In this document: positions 60,456-64,000 of the stretch, piece after piece | How the letters are laid out: every line of letters begins with the position of its first letter | How positions within the stretch are numbered: the first letter of the stretch is position 1 | Source: a virus | DNA: 64,000 nucleotides | Strand: one strand, 5' to 3' | Virus record (IMG/VR): IMGVR_UViG_3300042467_002537 | Position numbers and translations under genes: made by a program | The notes under the pieces: model-generated | What the model was told of the DNA's origin: nothing | Database searches by the model: none | What the model saw: only the letters and a program-made list of their open reading frames with translations

Positions 60456-61469
60456 ATGAAGAAAGTATTATTAACTGGTGCTGGTGGTTTCGTTGGCCAC
60501 CACACTTTAGAACATTTATTAAAGCTTACAAATTGGGAAATAGTAATAACCGATTCTTTTAGACACAGAGGTGTAACTGATAGAATTACATCTATAGGAT
60601 GCTGGGAATCAGAAAAGCACCGCGTAAAGTTGATCACCCATGATTTGACTGTGCCATTTTCAGATGTAATGGTGAAAGAGATTGGTGATATTGATTATAT
60701 TATTTCAATGGCTTCAGATTCACATGTTGATAGATCAATCACTGACCCAGCTCCATTTATAACAAATAATGTTGCTTTGATAGTTAATATGCTAGAGCTT
60801 GCAAGAAAGCTTAAGCCTACAGTATTTTTGCAGGTTTCAACAGACGAAGTTTACGGGCCGGCTCCAAAGGGTTATGCCCATAAAGAATGGGATACCATTC
60901 TGCCATCAAACCCATATTCAGCTTCTAAGGCAGCGCAGGAAGCTGTGTGCGTGTCTTACTGGAGAACATTTGGGGTTCCGGTAATTATAACAAATACTAT
61001 GAATATAATTGGGGAAAGACAAGATCCGGAAAAGTTTATTCCAAAGATTATGTATTGTTTAGAAAAGAATATCCCAATGACAATCCACGGGACAGAAGAC
61101 AATATTGGATCTAGATTCTACCTACATGCACGAAACCAAGCAGATGCGCTACTCTATATACTCGATTATTTAGAGCCAACTCCATATCCTAATTCTGATA
61201 GACCAGATAAGTATAATGTAGTTGGGGAAAAGGAAATTAATAATCTAGAAATGGCAAAGCTGGTGGCAAAGTATTGGGGCAAAGAACTACAATTTGAGTT
61301 TGAAGATTTCCATACAACAAGACCAGGCCATGATTCAAGATACGCATTAGATGGGCGTAAACTGCAAGAAGCAGGTTGGAAGCCACCAATGTCTTTAGAG
61401 TCTTCTCTTCAGTCTACTGTAGAGTGGACAAAGAATAATCCAGAATGGCTTTGGAGAGAGATTCCCTAA
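60456..61469 (+). CDS. NAD-dependent dehydratase, dTDP-glucose 4,6-dehydratase-like
   Basis: VLLTGAGGFVGHHTLEHLL; ASDSHVDRSI; VSTDEVYGP; NPYSASKAAQEAV; MNIIGERQDPEKFIPK. Confidence 0.88.
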   Translation: MKKVLLTGAGGFVGHHTLEHLLKLTNWEIVITDSFRHRGVTDRITSIGCWESEKHRVKLITHDLTVPFSDVMVKEIGDIDYIISMASDSHVDRSITDPAPFITNNVALIVNMLELARKLKPTVFLQVSTDEVYGPAPKGYAHKEWDTILPSNPYSASKAAQEAVCVSYWRTFGVPVIITNTMNIIGERQDPEKFIPKIMYCLEKNIPMTIHGTEDNIGSRFYLHARNQADALLYILDYLEPTPYPNSDRPDKYNVVGEKEINNLEMAKLVAKYWGKELQFEFEDFHTTRPGHDSRYALDGRKLQEAGWKPPMSLESSLQSTVEWTKNNPEWLWREIP

Positions 61470-61475
61470 AAGTAT

Positions 61476-63311
61476 TTAGGCAAAGCTTTGAAGCATTTTT
61501 CTACCACTTCTTGCAAGCTGTAGAACTTTTGCACCACTTGCCGAGCTAGCTACTCCAGAAAGAAATGACCTTCCGGCAGTTGAATCTCCAATTGCTCTAG
61601 TTGCAACCTTTGCAGACTGAGCGGTTTCTGAAACTATAGCAGAGGGCTTGGCTGATGAACCTACAGAAATAATAGGACGTTGTCCAGCCCCTCTGCTGTG
61701 TATGCCTGCAGCTAATCTTGTCATAGGATTTTTTGTCAAAGTATCAGCTTTTTCAGCTTCAGAAAGAATCATTCTTCTACCTGTCCCAACAGGAATTCTT
61801 CCGGCATCAAATTCTTGGTTGTGGAAGGTAGCTATATCACGCATCCCGCCTATAACTCTTTCTATTTCTGTTGAATCATAACCTTGAGCCTGTAGTATTT
61901 TTCTTACAGAAGGAAGATGCAGGGTATCTGCATCTAGTGTTCTTGTAGATAAAGCTGTTGTTCTATTATTTTGGTAGTGTTCCGTTAGAAGTGATGTTAA
62001 TGAAGCCTGGTGTTCTTCTCCTAACAAATCAAATGTTTGGTCGCCTAAGTGGGATCTAGCATAATGATGCCATTGCGATCCGTGTTTCAGCAGCGTAGCC
62101 CCTTACTTCACTGTTTATAAACATTCTAGCAAGGTTGTCTACTTCGGTGTTTCTGCCTAATTTTCCTACTCCAGTTGGGTTCCACAGTGGGCCATTAGGG
62201 CCGTCTATTACTTCTCCAGATAGGTGCATACCAGCTTGATTAGCTACTAATGGTAAATCCATTTTAGGAGCGGTTATAACGGCAAAGTCGTCTGCAAAAG
62301 CCTCTTCCCTTACAGACGCCAATAATGCTTCGACTTTGCTTCCTTCGCCTGTTTCGCTTAAAACTCTAAAAACATTTTGCACGTTAGCTTGTTGGTTAGT
62401 GTTTAAAGTTTTTATATCTCCAAAATATTTAAAATCTAATAAATTATCTGTTAGAGTTCTAAGATTACTGTGTTGATTCGGCAATCGTTGCGCTAGATGT
62501 CGAGCTCCCGGGTCGCTCAGGCCGAGCATTTTGCTCCATTGCCCTTAGCATCATTTCGCTTATATGCGTTGGCATTGTTGCTTCTCTTCTATAGGTTGAC
62601 AATACTTGTTGTCTCATCCAAAAATATCTTAATGTCTCGTCTTCAATCGGTGGTGCAATCTTTTTTCCAGAAGAATCAAAAAAAGTAAAATCTGGGCCAG
62701 CTTTTCCTCTACCTATCTCAGACTCTAGCGTTCTTACGCTTTGCTCGATAGCGTCAGAAACAACGTGTCCTGTTTCGTGTCTTAAAGTTCGTGCTAGATC
62801 AGACCTTGAGTAGGCAGCATCTCTTTGGTTTTTTATCCAAACTTTAAAGTTACCAGATTGCCAGTGACCACCAGCGTTCCCACCAGGATCATCACCAGGA
62901 TTACCAAAAACGAGAGAAAGAGGACGAGTCTTTTTGCTGTAATCAATGGCGCTTATATGCCCCTTGGCGCGTCCGAAAACCAACCATTGCCGATAGTGCA
63001 CCGCCTTGAGTTTCTCTTTCAATGCCAGACATAGCCTCTGTAAGAAAGCTATTCACAGTTCTAGTTGTAAGCTGCCTGTCTTGACCGCCAGTTAGTTCTA
63101 AGGCTATCCTTTGGGCTTGAGACAAGTCCATGCCAGAAACTGAGCCAGCTTGAGCACCAAAGTCGCTTAACTCAATTTGATAAGGTCCATGTTTGCTGCC
63201 CGGGATCCTTTTTGGCCTTAACATCTTTTCTGGGTCGTTAGAAAAATAGAATGCATCGTAAATAGAGCTAAAACTTTGGCGTATATCTATTACTGGTCTA
63301 TTAGATGACAT
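61476..63311 (-). CDS. Large HExxH-containing protein encoded across three +1 recoding sites, predicted about 610 aa
   Basis: ORFs 63311-62943, 63022-62465, 62529-62056 and 62027-61476 join through CGGA 62975, CGGC 62524 and CGGA 62082; (1836-3)/3=611 codons. Motif LARTLRHETGHVVSDAIEQS. Confidence 0.7.
62079..62082 (-). other. Candidate CGGA quadruplet / +1 frameshift site 7
   Basis: Minus strand GCT GAA ACA CGG ATC -> ACA-(C)GGA-TCG-CAA-TGG-CAT. Both frames are open only in about 62059-62102. Confidence 0.78.
62521..62524 (-). other. Candidate CGGC quadruplet / +1 frameshift site 6
   Basis: Minus strand AAT GCT CGG CCT -> GCT-(C)GGC-CTG-AGC-GAC. Confidence 0.65.
62972..62975 (-). other. 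Candidate CGGA quadruplet / +1 frameshift site 5
   Basis: Minus strand GTT GGT TTT CGG ACG -> TTT-(C)GGA-CGC-GCC. Confidence 0.75.
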
Positions 63312-63345
63312 AAGGATATAGTAACCCTTTTTTAGCTAAAAGAAT

Positions 63346-64000
63346 TTAAAGATTAAAGTAATGTCCATTTTTATACGGCAAGCTTTTTTGTTGCGCCAAC
63401 ATACCAACATTTAGAGAAGCAAAGTGCCCTATGATACTCTTGCGAGTAATGGACTCATCTATTGGCATATCGCCTCTATGCACAGTGTGACCATGCCAGA
63501 AGATAACGTCACCCTTCTTTGCGGTAAACGTGACGCCTGGTGGAGATTCTTCTAGCAGCTTTTCTGCAAAGTACTCGGATGCTTTTTCGCTTAAATGATT
63601 TGGATAAATTTCTTTAAAATCAATATCCCATTTGTGAGATTTTGGTATAAGCTGGAATGGACCAGATCTATAATCGATATCTTCTAAGGCTACCCAAACC
63701 CCTATGTGGTTATCGGCATGGTCTTTGTCACCGTAAGTTATATCTTGATGCCATGTCTTTCTAGTAGAAATCCATCCCGTAAAATTAAGATGAAGACCAG
63801 CCGGAGACCCAATAGCTTCTTCGATAATTGTTGGAATATCGGATCCACAAAAAATCTCCAGTATAGAAACATGCTCTAGATAGGTATGATACCCTTCCCA
63901 GCCATTAGGGTTAACTAAAGATAGTTTTCCATCTACAATTTCTCCGTGATTTTCTATCCACAGCTTAGAGTAAGCTTCTATTGACTCTTCTGGTATAAGG
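63346..64000 (-). CDS. Phytanoyl-CoA dioxygenase-like (PhyH), N-terminus beyond the window
   Basis: Minus-strand translation includes TWHQDITYGDKDHADNHIGVWVALEDIDYRSGPFQLIPKSHKW...GDVIFWHGHTVHRGDMPIDESITRKSIIGHF and stops at 63346. Open at the window edge, so absent from the ORF track. Confidence 0.8.
   Translation of the reverse strand, partial: LIPEESIEAYSKLWIENHGEIVDGKLSLVNPNGWEGYHTYLEHVSILEIFCGSDIPTIIEEAIGSPAGLHLNFTGWISTRKTWHQDITYGDKDHADNHIGVWVALEDIDYRSGPFQLIPKSHKWDIDFKEIYPNHLSEKASEYFAEKLLEESPPGVTFTAKKGDVIFWHGHTVHRGDMPIDESITRKSIIGHFASLNVGMLAQQKSLPYKNGHYFNL

Noticed and set aside
61648-63034. Plus-strand ORFs 61648-61881, 62497-62688, 62825-63034
   Set aside because: Opposite-strand shadows of the reconstituted minus-strand HExxH gene.
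61476-63311. Minus-strand gene as a simple pseudogene or assembly-error region
   Set aside because: All three frame changes are +1 and each overlap contains an in-frame CGG, identical to four junctions on the plus strand. I kept the recoding model, but raw-read checks are needed because I cannot exclude indel errors directly.

Overview
64 kb window of a large, AT-rich, almost entirely plus-strand phage genome, probably from an actinobacterial-type host (inference). It carries very large tail/virion genes (828-20594), a class II ribonucleotide reductase, ThyX, a DnaB-like helicase, an archaeo-eukaryotic-type primase with a PriL-like Cys tail, DnaE, RNase H, several PD-(D/E)XK nucleases, a phage sigma factor, a glycan-modification cassette (several glycosyltransferases, a GDP-mannose 3,5-epimerase-like protein, FkbM, a dTDP-glucose 4,6-dehydratase-like protein), four dioxygenase-like proteins, an endolysin and lysis-type membrane proteins, and one tRNA. 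The main observation is a recoding signature. In-frame CGG codons are extremely rare; I found 8 by eye in about 20,000 codons. Seven of them lie exactly where one reading frame must shift +1 into the next ORF to give a continuous protein: 9328, 14378, 42118 and 59334 on plus, and 62975, 62524 and 62082 on minus. Six of the seven are followed by A (CGGA) and one by C (CGGC). In every case, skipping or quadruplet-reading the C gives a glycine codon (GGA/GGC). The window also encodes a tRNA-Gly at 60329-60402 whose anticodon loop is UU-UCCG-A. UCCG (positions 34-37) is the exact reverse complement of CGGA. I propose that this phage decodes the quadruplet CGGA as glycine (programmed +1 frameshifting by its own tRNA) in a sigma factor, large virion proteins, a small Ala/Pro-rich protein and a minus-strand HExxH protein. 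The eighth in-frame CGG is CGGG at 28715 and is read as a normal Arg triplet. All scans were done by eye and need computational confirmation.
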